DNA of 62,862 nucleotides, the filler included, from Choristocarpus tenellus KU-1152 (lineage: Eukaryota > Protista > Phaeophyceae): assembly GCA_964200185.2 (NCBI GenBank). It is 11 parts of 11 records of this genome, joined end to end, with 100 filler letters (N's around TTAATTAATTAA, not from the genome) between each part and the next. Parts side by side here need not be neighbours in the genome. Positions count along the whole stretch, not along the records: positions 14,041 to 29,037 come from CAXNAD020001079.1; positions 29,138 to 33,048 come from CAXNAD020017201.1; positions 33,149 to 36,323 come from CAXNAD020021772.1; positions 36,424 to 43,136 come from CAXNAD020007504.1; 7 more parts are not named here. One strand, written 5' to 3'. Positions 23,865 through 36,873 of the stretch are shown in pieces. Below the pieces are notes generated by a model that was given only the letters and a program-made list of their open reading frames with translations, did no database searches and was not told where the DNA came from. The translations under genes were made by a program, and so were the position numbers. Within the stretch, counting starts at the first letter, position 1. Each line of letters starts with the position of its first letter.

Positions 23865-24920
23865 GCTCCGTGTTAGCAGCATCATGCCGACTCTGTTGGA
23901 GCGCTTGCTGGCGCAACTATAGGTTACTTTGTGACGATGTGTACGTCTTGAAGACGTCAATGTCCTGTACGAACCTACTCCATTTTGAATCTAACTCTAT
24001 TTTGATGTGTTTGGTTGTTTGGTTTTGGTTTGTATTCCCTAATAATAATAACAATGTGGATAATAATAATTCCATGACCTTCAGTTCTTTGAAAAATTCT
24101 TAGTTGTATATCTGTATTGATTTCCCTGTTCGAATCCCTTAATACCACCATTCTTTTGACGGAGATGTTGTTTCAGTTATGTAAGAGTGCAAACCCATCT
24201 ACTATGAGTCAGACTAAGAAGTAGGCAAGGTTGCATTTTGCTATAAACTATTGAGAGGAGGATGATTGGTCTAGCAGGTGGTTTGTTTGGTTTATTGGCG
24301 TCTGTGAGGACCCTAGTCTGTAATGCGATATGTATTCTAGATTCCCACTTGGCCACTTTGAACGTTAAAGTTACGTACAGACTCCAAAGTTACACATACA
24401 TATATTAAGTTAGCTAGGTCATTACACAAGGAGGCATAGACCCCCCCCCGCGACCTACCCATACTATCCACGCGTAGTCCACCTCTCTCTACCACCCAGG
24501 GACACTTACACCGTCTTGTACCTTTCCTGTACTAATACTGGATGGAAAAAATCGATATCTTTTTTTTTTTAATGGCCACTAAGAATTTGAGATTAAAAAG
24601 TGTCTTGACCATTTGAGTCGAGAAATACGTGGGTATTCAAATGCTGTGAACAACAATCTTTGTGTTACATAGAGGATTTCACACACATCTTCCTTAAGGT
24701 CATTGTGGTGACCTTAGACGGTTGTGTTAACAAGTCAGGAGATTCAGAAAAAAATAGTTTCCGAGTTTGTTCACCTTCCATCTTCAATATTGCTCTATCA
24801 ATACGCGTTGTCTTGTTGTTGGGTTCAACTTAAAACTTCTTGGTGTTCTTCGTGGACGGTGTGTTTTGCGATATTGTTGTTACTTTCTCCTTCTTTTCCT
24901 CCTACTCCTCGTCCTCATCC

Positions 24921-24957
24921 TACTACTACCACCACCACCACTACTACTACTACTACT
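24921..24957. repeat. (CTA)n/(CCA)n microsatellite
   Basis: Read directly from the sequence. Confidence 0.9.
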
Positions 24958-27677
24958 GTTTACTCATGACACTTAAATAGTTACTAACAACAATGGTGTA
25001 CTACTACTTGTCATCATCACATACAACATGATGATCATCTATCTGATTCACCACTCTATTTCAATAAATTATCAAAGTAATAATTTATGGAAGTGAAAGA
25101 AAAATGAAGAATACTACTACTACTACTAATAATAAGGAATGGACAAAGCAATTCCGTGTTGGTATTGTTGGGGGAATAATAAATGAAGGGGAGCGAGGCA
25201 TTTAGTTATTTATTGTTTTTGTCAGGGACAGGTCCCCTTTTAGGGTTTTCTTGACACTGATGATGATAATGTGCGCAGTCGTATACATTAATACGTGCCA
25301 CCTTTTGGAAATGAGGTCAGCCCAAGTGATGTGGTTTGGGTTAGACGCTCAACTGGCTGGTAGTAACCCCGACATGAACGGTAGAATTGAAACCAGCAAA
25401 GCCCGAGACTATGTTTTCTGTTCTGGGTGGTCACAACCAATCACAGTGGAGAGTGATCCACATGGCACTCTGAAGCTGTCAGCACACGCCCAGCATGCCT
25501 CAGACTCATCTCTCACTTCCATTCTGAACCTCATCCCTGGTGGTTCTCATCACCCCCTATCACACATAATAACCAGGCCCCATAATATTATCAGTAATAC
25601 GAACGATACATATTATTGTGCCCTCTGACATTTTGCACGTATGTGAGAGGAAAATCAAAGCTACGTGATCAGGCGAACAACCCTCCATGCTTGTTTCATT
25701 TTTTTTATTTATGTGTTATTTGGATTTTGTGTTAAGTATTTCGTATTTTTAAGCATTTATGAAACAACACACACACCATATAGATAATCAAAAACATACA
25801 TAGCTCTGGCACCATAGGTAGCTAGTAAGGTAGAGGAGTTTTTCCTCATCTTCTTCTTTACCCCCCAAGCATAGCTTCCACACACATACACACACACACA
25901 CACACACCTCTGCCTTTCCTCGTTGTCTGGTGCCATTGGAATACTGAATTACCTTTTGTGGCTGCAAACTGATGGATCTCCTCCCCTTTCTCCCCATCTC
26001 AGCCCCCCCCATGGGACCAATGCAAAGCCCTATGCACATGAGAGGCCTGCAGTACCTCCCGGTCACAGCAGGTCGCCAGCAGCCCATTATGGTTGTTGCA
26101 GGTAAGACACAGGAGAGCTCAACAGGATTGCCACCAAGAAGATTGGTTGCCGCAACAGGCTCACCTGTGCATGTCTACTTCTCTAGGTCGCTGAGTGCAA
26201 TTATTTCAATAAAACGCATAAAGAATTCATTGTAAAGTGATGTCCAGGGACCAAGCACAGAAGAGGATGTTGCAAGGGCACCCAGGAGAGAAAGGAAGAG
26301 CATCTTTGCCACACGCTCGTTTGAGGAAAAAATGGGAAAACAACAATAGAGCAAATAGAGCACAGACTACACTACTCCCACCTCGGTCCCTTAAGTTACA
26401 TTGATCAGAGCGTGGATATTGCAGCTCCCACCACCAGCGTTTTCCACACATCGAAAGGTTGATAAGTCCTTGTCCCCTTGCATAGATAGACATGAACCTT
26501 AAATGATACCCTCAGGTTATCCAGTTTGAGTTGCAGGATGTAGGTTGTAAAAGAGCCAAACCAATTGAGAGGTACACTAGTTTATACCCTTTTGCATCCT
26601 AAACCATCTTTCTTATCCTGTACAATACACTCTATTTCATTGCCTTATGTGCACAACAGTGTACGCAAAGTTGATATTCCCCCTTTACACACACAAAGTA
26701 ACACCAGAGCCAAAACAAACAAGTGGTACCCAGGTTTTGGCCGTTTTGCATTTTAAGACACTCTTTCACTCTTTTGCGATTCATCCATATTTCTTTGGAT
26801 GAAGCACTAAGATTGATTTGAGAGCGTTGATTTCAATATTGGTAAAAAAAAAATCGACAGAATTAAGAAAATTCCCTGCACATATTTGTACAAACTGCCT
26901 AAACTTCCACATATTAGTCAACATCTTAAAATGCAACCCTGGATAACTCTCACTTACTCTGTCTCACCACAATTTAGCAAAGACCATTTCCACAATAGTA
27001 CAAAATGGGTTCTTTTTGCCCATTCTCGTGATCCTCTAAATGCAACCCTACCTACCTCTGAATTGATTAACCCAAGAATAGTTTTTTATTGGGTAACTCT
27101 TACAAATCTCGTGGACAAAGAGATCAACAAGACCACAACCCACCACATTGATAAAGCAACTGCGGGTATCAAACAATTTCTCACTGCTGCTTTACGCAGA
27201 GTCTCGTATGGTGTTGGTACTGCTTTCTTCTAACCTACAATACGTTACATGCACAACCAATGGTTATTGGATAACCTCGTTCACATGCTAGTGACTGTTA
27301 GTCATAGCCTGTAACCTCTGAATCGCATTGGAGGTGATTGCCTGTCTTTTCTTTATGTTTGACCGAGTACACACTGCCTCTACATTAGGATGCGTGGCAA
27401 AGACGACAATCACCTATCGATGAGTACTATCAACTTGTGCACATGTTGTCAAAAGGTTATGGGCCCTTAAGGAGAGGAAGAAAATCCAGGGAGGACTGCC
27501 AGTCAGGGCAGTCTATGTAGAAGGACCTACCCGTATTTCTTCCTGGGGCGCCAAAGTTGTCAGTGTAGCATAAAAATTAGTGGACATATTAATCGGTTTT
27601 ACAATATATTGAGTACTATGGAGTAATTTCTTGGTGATACAAAACATTTAGAATAACACAGTACTAACCAAAAAGGA

Positions 27678-27929
27678 GAGCAAACGTATCTTAGAGGGTA
27701 GAGTCGAGTCCATTTGGGGACCAGACTCCAATGTTGCGATTTCGATGTAATTTTGGCTATCGTGTTTATTAGGAAAAGTGTCAATATCCTTGTTCCAGAC
27801 ACACCTTTCATAACGTATACATTTTACCTACTCAGAATTATTCTGGAGTAAGAAAATGTCATAAAAACCCTGAGAAGCCCCAAATGGACAAACAGGGTAA
27901 AATTCGTACCCTCTAAGATACTTTCACTC
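27678..27929 (+). mobile_element. MITE family B, full length, Sola2-like
   Basis: Termini are GAGCAAACGTATCTTAGAGGGTA ... TACCCTCTAAGATACTTTCACTC, with a 4-bp TSD AGGA at 27674-27677 and 27930-27933. Confidence 0.88.
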
Positions 27930-28824
27930 AGGAGGGGGTTGAAGATGTGCAGAAGGGGGAGGTACAGACAGACCTGACTGACGTTTCTTGACTGATGCCA
28001 GTATTAAGCGGACTGGCACAAATAGGAGGCAACGTAAAAATCAAAGTATTACTACGGTGATCTAGGCAGGGTCTGGTCAAAAATGATCGGGTGCATATGC
28101 CTGTGGCAGAGTGCATTGCAATGGGTCAGAACGACAGGGCAGTTGGTTGTGTCCACTACTGGTGAGGGTGGGGATACATCATAGGTTGAAACTGCTGCAG
28201 TCGTAGGATAATAGAAAAATCTGGGGGATAGTTGTATCAACTCGCTGATGATGTTGATAATTTGTAATTCATTCCAATGTAGGCAGCACACTGCAGGGAC
28301 AGAGTAGGTCAAGGTGCTGGGTGGAAGGCAGTCTATGAGTGGGGCAACAATCCCCATCTCTTTGCCATCCAGCACTATTAACACTTAGGAGAGGATGCAT
28401 GGAAGCATTGATGCATTATGATAGGGTGACAATACTTCTGGGCCATACTAAAGAGCTATTTAATGGATGTGCTTGCCAAGGGCTTCTTCTCAAGATACTG
28501 CTATTGTAGTCCATAGAAAACAAGATGAACCAGTGTACTAATAGAAGATACTTGTCTGGCATGACGATAGAGTAGGACCTTGATGTGCGTGAAATCTCGC
28601 CTCAAGAGGTTTATGGACAACTTCCTTTTAACTCTTTGAATCGTCAAATAACCAGCAGAGGGGGCCTATTAGAGGTGTGCATACATATATACAGGATCTA
28701 CACACTGGGGCAGCTCAGAAGGGGACATCACCGATCAAACTGGGTGTATTGTGGTGTGTGAATTAATGCTAGTAACAGTTATTCTTATGTGACCTCAATT
28801 CTCAACAAAGTTGTAATGGAGAAT

Positions 28825-28932
28825 TCAGTGAACTGCCCCATTCTTGATTGTAGGGGCCTTGCATGGACCGTAGGAGGAGACAAGGGGGTACTCTCGCCAT
28901 ATTGCAATGCCATCACTGTCTGTGGTAAACTC
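28825..28932 (-). CDS. Possible terminal exon of an unknown gene
   Basis: A pyrimidine-rich tract and CAG precede EFTTDSDGIAIWREYPLVSSYGPCKAPTIKNGAVH*. Upstream exons would lie beyond the contig end. No homology recognised. Confidence 0.25.
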   Translation of the reverse strand, partial: EFTTDSDGIAIWREYPLVSSYGPCKAPTIKNGAVH

Positions 28933-29248
28933 CTGACCAAGCATGGAGCAGTATGGGCGAGGGAAACAATAGTGGAGGGGGAGGGGGAGGGGGAGAGGGG
29001 GGGAATTCAGCAACAACAAGTGAAAATCGTTTAAGTGNNNNNNNNNNNNNNNNNNNNNNNNNNNNNNNNNNNNNNNNNNNNTTAATTAATTAANNNNNNN
29101 NNNNNNNNNNNNNNNNNNNNNNNNNNNNNNNNNNNNNTTTTCTTTGTTTGTTTTGGGTTTTTTTTTTATTTTTGTTTTGTGTTCTTTTGGCTTGTGGGGG
29201 GGTTGTGTTATAGGTTTTAAGAACAATTTAAAGGATCCGTCTATCGGG

Positions 29249-29992
29249 TCATGTTCTCTCATATGGGTGTGTGTATGTGTGTGAAGCTGGTAAAGACCAA
29301 AGATCACGAGGATGGAAATGTGTCGGAGGAGGCAGGGTTGAGCTGACAGACTTGCGAAGGGAGATTTGATGTGCCCTCTTGGGGGGAGGGGGGTTAAAGT
29401 CTCTGATTAGTTTAATTTTGGTCATTGACCTTGCTAGGGTGCATACCATGTTGATGGGGATACTCGCCGTGGCAGTGACTCTTGCCAGCACTGAGATTGT
29501 GGATGGGAGGCTGGAGATCATCAAGGGTTCTTGGAAAAACCCTTTGCTTGTTATTTCGGAAGAAATAGCGTATGGTGGTATTTGGAGGTGTGTATAGAGT
29601 TGGAAGGCATTTTTGTCCTGGAGGAGGTGCAATCCAAGCAGGCCGTGCTAGACGCAGCTGGCATGGTACAGCATGCCTGCGCACACTGCGTGTATTGCCT
29701 CTGCCCTGAGAGATATGCAGACCCCCCTGCCTGGTGAACGTACTGCAGGACTTTGTGAGAGGTTGCCTTGAATGGAAGTTGAGGTGGAGGTGGTGGTGTT
29801 GATGGGAGGTGTGATGGTTATTGTGATGAGGGAGGGTGTAGACCGTTCCAGGACAGTTCCAGGACAGTTGGAAGCTGACTCCTTGGGGACGGTTGCATGT
29901 CTCCAAATTAAATTGATTGTATGTTGTGAGTGGCGGTTTTCAGGGACCTCCTTGAGTGATGGTGACAAAAAGGGGCTTCGTCCTCTCTCCAC
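29249..29992 (-). pseudogene. Decayed ORF, probably retroelement-derived
   Basis: ORFs 29648-29992 and 29249-29632 are in the same frame, separated by one TAG. The coding strand is A/C-rich and no splice pattern or diagnostic motif was seen. Confidence 0.3.
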
Positions 29993-31255
29993 ACTCGGTC
30001 AGAATCGCCTGCTGTGTTTTGATCACTCCTGCTTCTCAGGGCAAATAAGACTAGAAGGGGGTATATTGTTTTCGGCTGGGAATACTGTGGCGCCAAACAA
30101 AGAGTGGCGATCTGGACACTGAAAATGGAAGCTCCTCATCTTGCTTCGCAGTGTCTGGGTGAAGGGTGGACGGACTGTGGGCTTTTAAAGGATGTGTGAA
30201 GAATGTGGCTGCCGTCTGAAGGCTGGAGGGACCCAGTTGAAGCAGTAGCGGGTAGGCACAGCTAGTTTTTTTTTTTTGTATTGATTGAGGTGGGACTGAT
30301 AGGGGTTAGTGTTAAGTGTTAGGTCCTAGTCCAGAAGCACGGGCGTATTGTTTTTTTTTTCTTGTATTTACATTATTTCGATTTTATCACGAAACGCCTG
30401 CCGGTGTACGTAGTATGTTTTCTGTGGGAGGGCGTTTCTGTTTGCTGTTGTGAGTTGTTATCGTGTTGGTTGAGGATACCCTCTCGTGCGAATTTCCCTC
30501 GGGAATGCTAATTATGTACTTTAGTGAGTGTGACCGATTGTCACATTTGCTATGACGATCGTATCAAGAAAGAGGTGTGTGTGTGTTTCTTTAGAACGCT
30601 TGTGACTACGTGTACGCTCCCTAAAAACAAATAAAAGCCTAAGTAGTGGAGGGTTGAAGTCGTATCGATGAAATGGGTGTCAACCCGTAGTAACGAGTTG
30701 TGCTCACCAATCAGATCGTATCAACTGACGTATATCCTGCTCTTACGAGGAACCAATCAGAACCCGATGGTTGCCCCCCCGTCCCCACCCCCCACCCCCC
30801 ACCCCCTCCCCACAAACACATTCACTCTGATACGTCCTGTGAGAGGATAAATATCATTTTTTGGGATTGTATACATGTTGTTGAAACTGTCAGTCAGTCT
30901 GAGTGGTGTTGGTGTGAAAAGGAGCGGAAGGAAGATGTAACTAGTAACTATCTGAAAAAAAAGAAAAAAAAAGAAGTCATCCGCCCGCTTTTAGTTTAGT
31001 CCGTGAATGAAGCAAACATCAGGTCTCTCAAAACAGTCACCGTTGCGATGTTTTTCAACCTCTGACTGTTTTGAGAGGAAGGGATCACTGTGTTCTGGAC
31101 CCCTTCGGGTGGGTACATGGAAGGCGTCGTCGAAATTTGCGATTTGAACTTGCACCTTCTTGTGGGGGGCCCTCTTCATATGGGGTTCTGAGTTTTGGTA
31201 GAAGATGTCGGCATTTTGCTGTGTGTTTGGAACTATTAATCGTTTGAGCCGATGC

Positions 31256-31276
31256 TAGGGTTAGGGTTAGGGTTAG
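31256..31276 (+). repeat. Interstitial telomere-like (TTAGGG)n seed
   Basis: TAGGGTTAGGGTTAGGGTTAG. Similar seeds lie at 39669-39684, 41412-41453, 42853-42864 and 49151-49174 (minus), with TTTAGGG units at 60905-60921. Confidence 0.85.
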
Positions 31277-31824
31277 TTGAGTGTGAGGTGATGCCTATCG
31301 CACTATTGAGATCGTGCGGAAGATTAGTCTTTTTGAATCGTAGTGATTGAACAGGTCCGATTTGATTAAAACCGCCGGTCTATTCACATATTAAAAAAAA
31401 AAATCTAGAACGGATTTTTAATCGACCAGTTTTTTTGTTTTTTTTTCACTGGAATGGTTTTTGAGGAGAAGACAACAAACACAAGCGCCGTTAATAAAAA
31501 ATAAATATATATATATACACACACACATCTAGGACTATAATAAGGTCAAGAATGTGCCCAATTGCTCTGAAGATGGTGAGGTTTGGTTTCCTACACCATT
31601 ATGGCGTCAACCCATCTCCTGGATACGCCCTTCCGCATGTGGAGGGTGGTAGCAAGGGAGGTGAAGGGTCAGATGAAGGCACACACAGAACCTGCCTTGA
31701 AGGCAGACGGTGACCACTATCAATGTTCAAGGTTGAATCATTTGCTGGGGGAAGACCACCATATCGTGACTCTCCACTGCATAGATCTCTGTTTTGGATT
31801 GTGTCACAGATATATATATGTATG

Positions 31825-31863
<39 letters not shown>

Positions 31864-33148
31864 AGCGTTCAGCAGGGAAGGGGTCTGTATCAGCTCAGGC
31901 AGGCGTTGGCGAATATTCAACAGTCCAATCAGTGCAAGAAGCGATGAGGGGAGGTGAGCAGAGGCTGAGGACGCGAGGCAATGAACAGTTATATGCAGGA
32001 TGTTCAGAGTGTTGGGTAGTCCGGTTACCTCATGGGTGGAACTGTTTGTTGTACTCCGATGGTGATGGTGCCATCTTTGTTGTCAACGCCACGATTAGAG
32101 CATTCGTGATCACCCCCACAACGCGGGGCCGTGTGGGAGTGGGAGGGGGGTTATGCCGTTGGAATCGGAGTGTAAGAACTGGGGTGTTTTTTGGAGAAGT
32201 GGAGGCGTTTGCGGGAAGAATGAAGTGGAGAAGTCTCTACCGTCGGGTGTCAAACCCTGTTGACAGGGTATAATAAAAATAATACTAGTGTACACGAGAA
32301 ACATCTTTCCTTTTTTTCTTTTTTTTTTGGGGGGGGGGGGTGTGTTTTTGTGGGCTTTAGGAAAAAAAAAATTTTTTTGTTTTTTTTGTTTTTTATTTTT
32401 TTTTTTTTTGTTATTCTNNNNNNNNNNGGGGTTGATATTTGTCGCACTTAAGGAAAAAAAAAACTCGTCGCTTTATGTTGTGTCGAAAGACCGCCAGTTA
32501 TGTTGTGCTGTATATTATATTTTATTGTGTGTGTGTGTGTGTGTGTGTGTGTATTAAAAAAACATATTTTGTTGTTTGTAGTCGCTTGTCTTTTTATTTT
32601 TTAGGTAACACGCCTCCACGGTACCTTTTTGTTTGCAGTCCTTTCCCGTCTCTCGTCTCTCGCCTCTCGCCTCTCCCCTCCCCCTTTTTTTTTAACTATT
32701 TTTAAAAACTCGTTCTTTTGGCTGCAATGTAGTGATATATGAGTCTATCTATAGTTAGAATAGTTTTTCTTTTAAAAAAAAAGAAGACAAAAGACAAAAG
32801 ATCGAGTCCATCGCACGGATAGCAAGAGAAGGCTCTTCTCTTCTCTTCTCGAGGGTGATGACGACCCTTTTGATGTGGAGTTGATTGTCTCTAACCATCC
32901 CAGCTTATCACCAGCTTATCCATGGCGTACGTACGAGTGAAGTTGAAGTTGACCGGGGGAAGCACCTGCAAAAAAAAAAAAACTTAACCTGACTCTTTTT
33001 TGTTGTTTTTGTCGGTGGGGGGTGTCGGGCGGTGGGCTTTTTCTGTGTNNNNNNNNNNNNNNNNNNNNNNNNNNNNNNNNNNNNNNNNNNNNTTAATTAA
33101 TTAANNNNNNNNNNNNNNNNNNNNNNNNNNNNNNNNNNNNNNNNNNNN

Positions 33149-33253
33149 TTACCCCTCCAACAAATACAACCAAATCACCCAAAAATCGTAATATGAAAAT
33201 ATTGACTCCAAACGGACAGTCGCCCCCCCCCCCCCCCCCAGATACTTTGAGCC
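33149..33253 (-). mobile_element. MITE family A, partial
   Basis: Reverse-complement match to 36143-36241, ending in poly-C AGATACTTTGAGCC. Confidence 0.82.
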
Positions 33254-34285
33254 AGATTTGTTGGAAACCAAACCTGTGCCACTTCATCTTCATCAGGGAT
33301 GAGATAAGAAAATGCATCTGCGCAAATTGAAACATCCCTATTTCGATGTATCAGATATGACCTTGTCTGATCAAACTTTCAACATGAAAGTGCATAGGCA
33401 AGGATGAAACTAGTCGCAGCATCGAAATTCTGTAGAACTCCATCAAGGAAGTGCAGGGGTAAAAGAATGACAGACTCGCTTAAAGAGGACCGAAATCATG
33501 ATCGAATTACACGTGTTTAACTGCAGCCCCCCCCCCCGAATATAAATACTTGTGTATGTGTATATCGATTTCGACAACATAGCAGCATATGGATGTTCCA
33601 GCCTCAGTAATAGGTAAGAGACTGTTAGAAAGGAAAAGATTGAACGTTCTTGAAGGGGACAAGAAAAAAAATGTGGAGACACGAGTAAAGAAGAATCCCA
33701 ACAATAAAATACACCATGCGTGCAACTATGTTTAAGAGGACAACATACACCTGATGCAGAGGGATGGCAAGAATCCGATGGTATGTAAATACAAGCTAAT
33801 TTAACCATTTACGAGCATATGCAGAAATGCGAGGAAAGAAGCTCAATCCCAAACTGTGGGCAATATCGAGATGGAGGTGGCTAAGCACCATCACTGTTAC
33901 AACTGTTCAAGTCAAAACATCTGTCCTCTTCTTGCATAGAAGAAAACAAAACGATTGCAGAAAAGGGGCATTACAAAAGAAAAAGAAAGCAAGGAAGAAA
34001 CAAGTGTATGTGAACGTGGAAATGTAAACTTGGGTCTTCTGCGCCCATACATTGGTGCACACGGATGATTAATTCAACTTGGCATATGCTGATGTAGGCC
34101 GGGGTGAACATCCATAAATATATTTTTTTAAAGGATTAAACAGCACAACCTCAAACCTTGATAGAGACGTTCACAACAACCAAGATATCACCCACAGCAG
34201 TATGTGGTCCAATCAAGTATTTGGTACAGAAATGACTGTTCCTGGAACAGAAATGGCAGTGACTGGAGGTATAATGTTGAAATTT

Positions 34286-34555
34286 GAGTCAAAGTATCTT
34301 TGAGAGTACAGTCACGTCCGCTTGGGGTCCAAATGTCAATGTTGCGATTTTGATGTAATTTTCGCTATAGTGTTTGTTAGGGAGTGTCGATGTCCTTATT
34401 CCGGACACACCTTTTCGTAAGGTATACATTTCGCCTACTCCGAAATTCGGGGTCCGAAATTTCGGGATAGGAAAATGTAATAAAAAACCTTTGGGAAGCC
34501 AAGGCCCAAACGGACAAACAGGGCAAAACTCCTACGCTCTAAGATACAATCACTC
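34286..34555 (+). mobile_element. MITE family B, full length, Sola2-like
   Basis: Termini are GAGTCAAAGTATCTT ... AAGATACAATCACTC, with a 4-bp TSD ATTT at 34282-34285 and 34556-34559. The internal sequence is colinear with 27678-27929. Confidence 0.88.
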
Positions 34556-35099
34556 ATTTGGTGTATCTGAAAATGTTGTTGACGATAGGCAAAAATATTT
34601 TCTGTGCATTGGAGCAATTAATGTGGCATACATTGTATTCTGTATGTTCATAGGTGAACAAGGTTCTCGGTCAAGTTTATGTTCCACAATAGCTTCAATA
34701 ACGAAAAAAGGACCAATTGTTGTTGGGGACTCTATGCAAAAGAGAGCTATTCCAATAGAATCTTTGCTTTATATGGTATGGATTTATTTATTAGCGGAGT
34801 GAGCAATATCCCTTGTGGTGGGGGGAATGCAGACACATCAAAAATATGTCCTGAATTTGGAAATAATGTCACTTATGCTGTGTAACTAGTACTGCGTCAA
34901 TAATACCCCGTGGTTCATTTTGTAACAAGTGATAAGAAATCAATCACCCTAGATTCGAACCTATAGCTCTAAGCATTCGAAATTAAATCATTGACACTTA
35001 TTCTACTTAATCAACATTTCTGTTACCTAATAGTGGTCACTGAACACATAAGACCCTATAGACTACCTAGCCTATATTGCACAGACTCAAATCCATCAA

Positions 35100-36140
35100 G
35101 GTCTCTGATAAGAGCAAAGTACGTCCAAGGAAATTTTCGTTGAGCTTCTCGAAAACAAGCTCAGTCAGGTGGCTGTGTGTTTTGGAATATATAAGATTTC
35201 AAGTCGGCCAAGTGGACGGAAATGTCGTTGATGTCACGTTGTTTTCCAGTCCAGTAGAATACAGGGGAATTTTGGTTGTCATTCTTAAAGGTTCATGCCA
35301 GGGGGTGAATCAGTTTGGGGTTAAGTCCGTCACTTTCAGTGTGTGGACGATGTATGAAGACCTGAGCTCCAGCTTGAAATGTAGGGAAAGAGAGAGTTTC
35401 ATTGTTGTTAGCTATTCGTTCAGCATTCCGTTCTTCCAGATTGACGTACTAATTCAAAATGAAACTCTACATTCTCAGCTGTTGACTGAGTAACTCTTGG
35501 CTAGATTGAGTACTGTTGATTTGGACGGGTCAAAAATGACGTCAATATACAATGTTGAAAGGAGCTCGAAAAACAGGAGAAAAGGTGTTTCTTGTAGCTA
35601 CGTGATATTGTACGCCGTATTGTGGACAAGTTGAAGGGAGAGAACATATCCCAATTGTTCTCTCTGCTATCACTGGTGCAGGGTGGAATGGACGTGCTTT
35701 AAAATATATTTGCCCTGTGATCTGTAGGGTGTGGTACGAGTTGTAGTGTACAAAAGTAATGTTTGAAATTCCAGAACAAGTTATATTTTCAACTTCTGAA
35801 CCTTTTGGTCAAAGCGAAGAATTTCAGGTGGACCCAAATAGTGATAAATGTCCTTTCAAACAAAGCTTTGGCTATGGTCGCGTCTTGTTTGTCTGGAATA
35901 GGAATGAGATAAACAAAGCGTATCAATTGGCAGATGCAGAAAGAACATATTGGCATCCCCAGGAAATGATAATCACATTGTACAAGACAGCAACCAGTTC
36001 AAATGATCGAGCGACGGGAATTTGACCTTGTAGCAAAGTAGGACGTGTCTGTGCGAAGTTTTCCGTCGTTGGCAAAGTAGTTGACACATTTCATACCAAT
36101 CTCTGACATCTTCTTGAAGCATGGGCCACCAGTATCGTAC
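35100..36140 (-). mobile_element. Decayed Ty3/Gypsy LTR-retrotransposon integrase
   Basis: The zinc-binding region RYWWPMLQEDVRDWYEMCQLLCQRRKT is at about 36060-36137, followed by core remnants. The GPY/F-type C-terminus FQAGAQVFIHRP...NPKLI..PW...SVHLADLKSY is at about 35190-35380. Many stops and frameshifts. Confidence 0.8.
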
Positions 36141-36142
36141 CT

Positions 36143-36321
36143 GACTCAAATTATCTGGGGGGGGGTGGCGACTGTCCGTTTGGAGTCAATTTTTTCATAT
36201 GCGATTTTTGGGTGATTTGGTTGCATACGTCGGATGGATAATGTAAATACACTTTTCACGAATTCGTCCAAATGGACACCCTGGTGTAGACCCCCCCCCC
36301 CCCTCCCAGATACTTTGGGTA
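36143..36321 (+). mobile_element. MITE family A, near full length (about 180 bp), interrupting the Gypsy integrase
   Basis: TIRs are GACTCAAATTATCTG(G)n ... (C)nAGATACTTTGGGTA. The left flank is ACCT and the right flank is AC followed by the contig end, compatible with a 4-bp TSD. Confidence 0.8.
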
Positions 36322-36423
36322 ACNNNNNNNNNNNNNNNNNNNNNNNNNNNNNNNNNNNNNNNNNNNNTTAATTAATTAANNNNNNNNNNNNNNNNNNNNN
36401 NNNNNNNNNNNNNNNNNNNNNNN

Positions 36424-36610
36424 CAGATTCTTTGGGTCTTTGTTAGGAAGTGTCAATATTCATGTTCCGGACACATCTTTTCATAATGTATACATTTTAC
36501 CTACTCCTAAACATTTTGGAGTAGGAAAATGTCATAAAAAATCCCACGGGAAGCCAAGCCCCAAACGGAAAAATAGGGTAAAACTCGTACCCTCTAAGAG
36601 ACTTTCACTC
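36424..36610 (+). mobile_element. Family A terminus (36424-36438) abutting the right two-thirds of a family B MITE (36439-36610)
   Basis: CAGATTCTTTGGGTC is followed directly by family B internal sequence ending TACCCTCTAAGAGACTTTCACTC. Confidence 0.78.
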
Positions 36611-36873
36611 TTGCATTACACACCACAATACTCTGATTTTTTTTTAATCAGCCCAGTTGTGAAAGCAGTCCAATCATGAGGAGCTGATAGACAACACCCC
36701 AATAAATGAAGGATATCCGAACAAAAACATAAGTGACTGTGTCATTTGTATAGGTTGCATAGCTGTAGAGTATTTTTTGCTTTTGAGCTGGTTCACAACA
36801 CCGATGGACACCAATAGCACACTTTGGAGTGGGCAAACCAGCATTTAAACCTTAACGCTAACTTTAATGTTAC

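Noticed and set aside
25251-26350. Possible exons (donor GTAAGA at 26102; ORF-like segment 26248-26349)
   Set aside because: No consistent exon chain or recognisable protein could be assembled.
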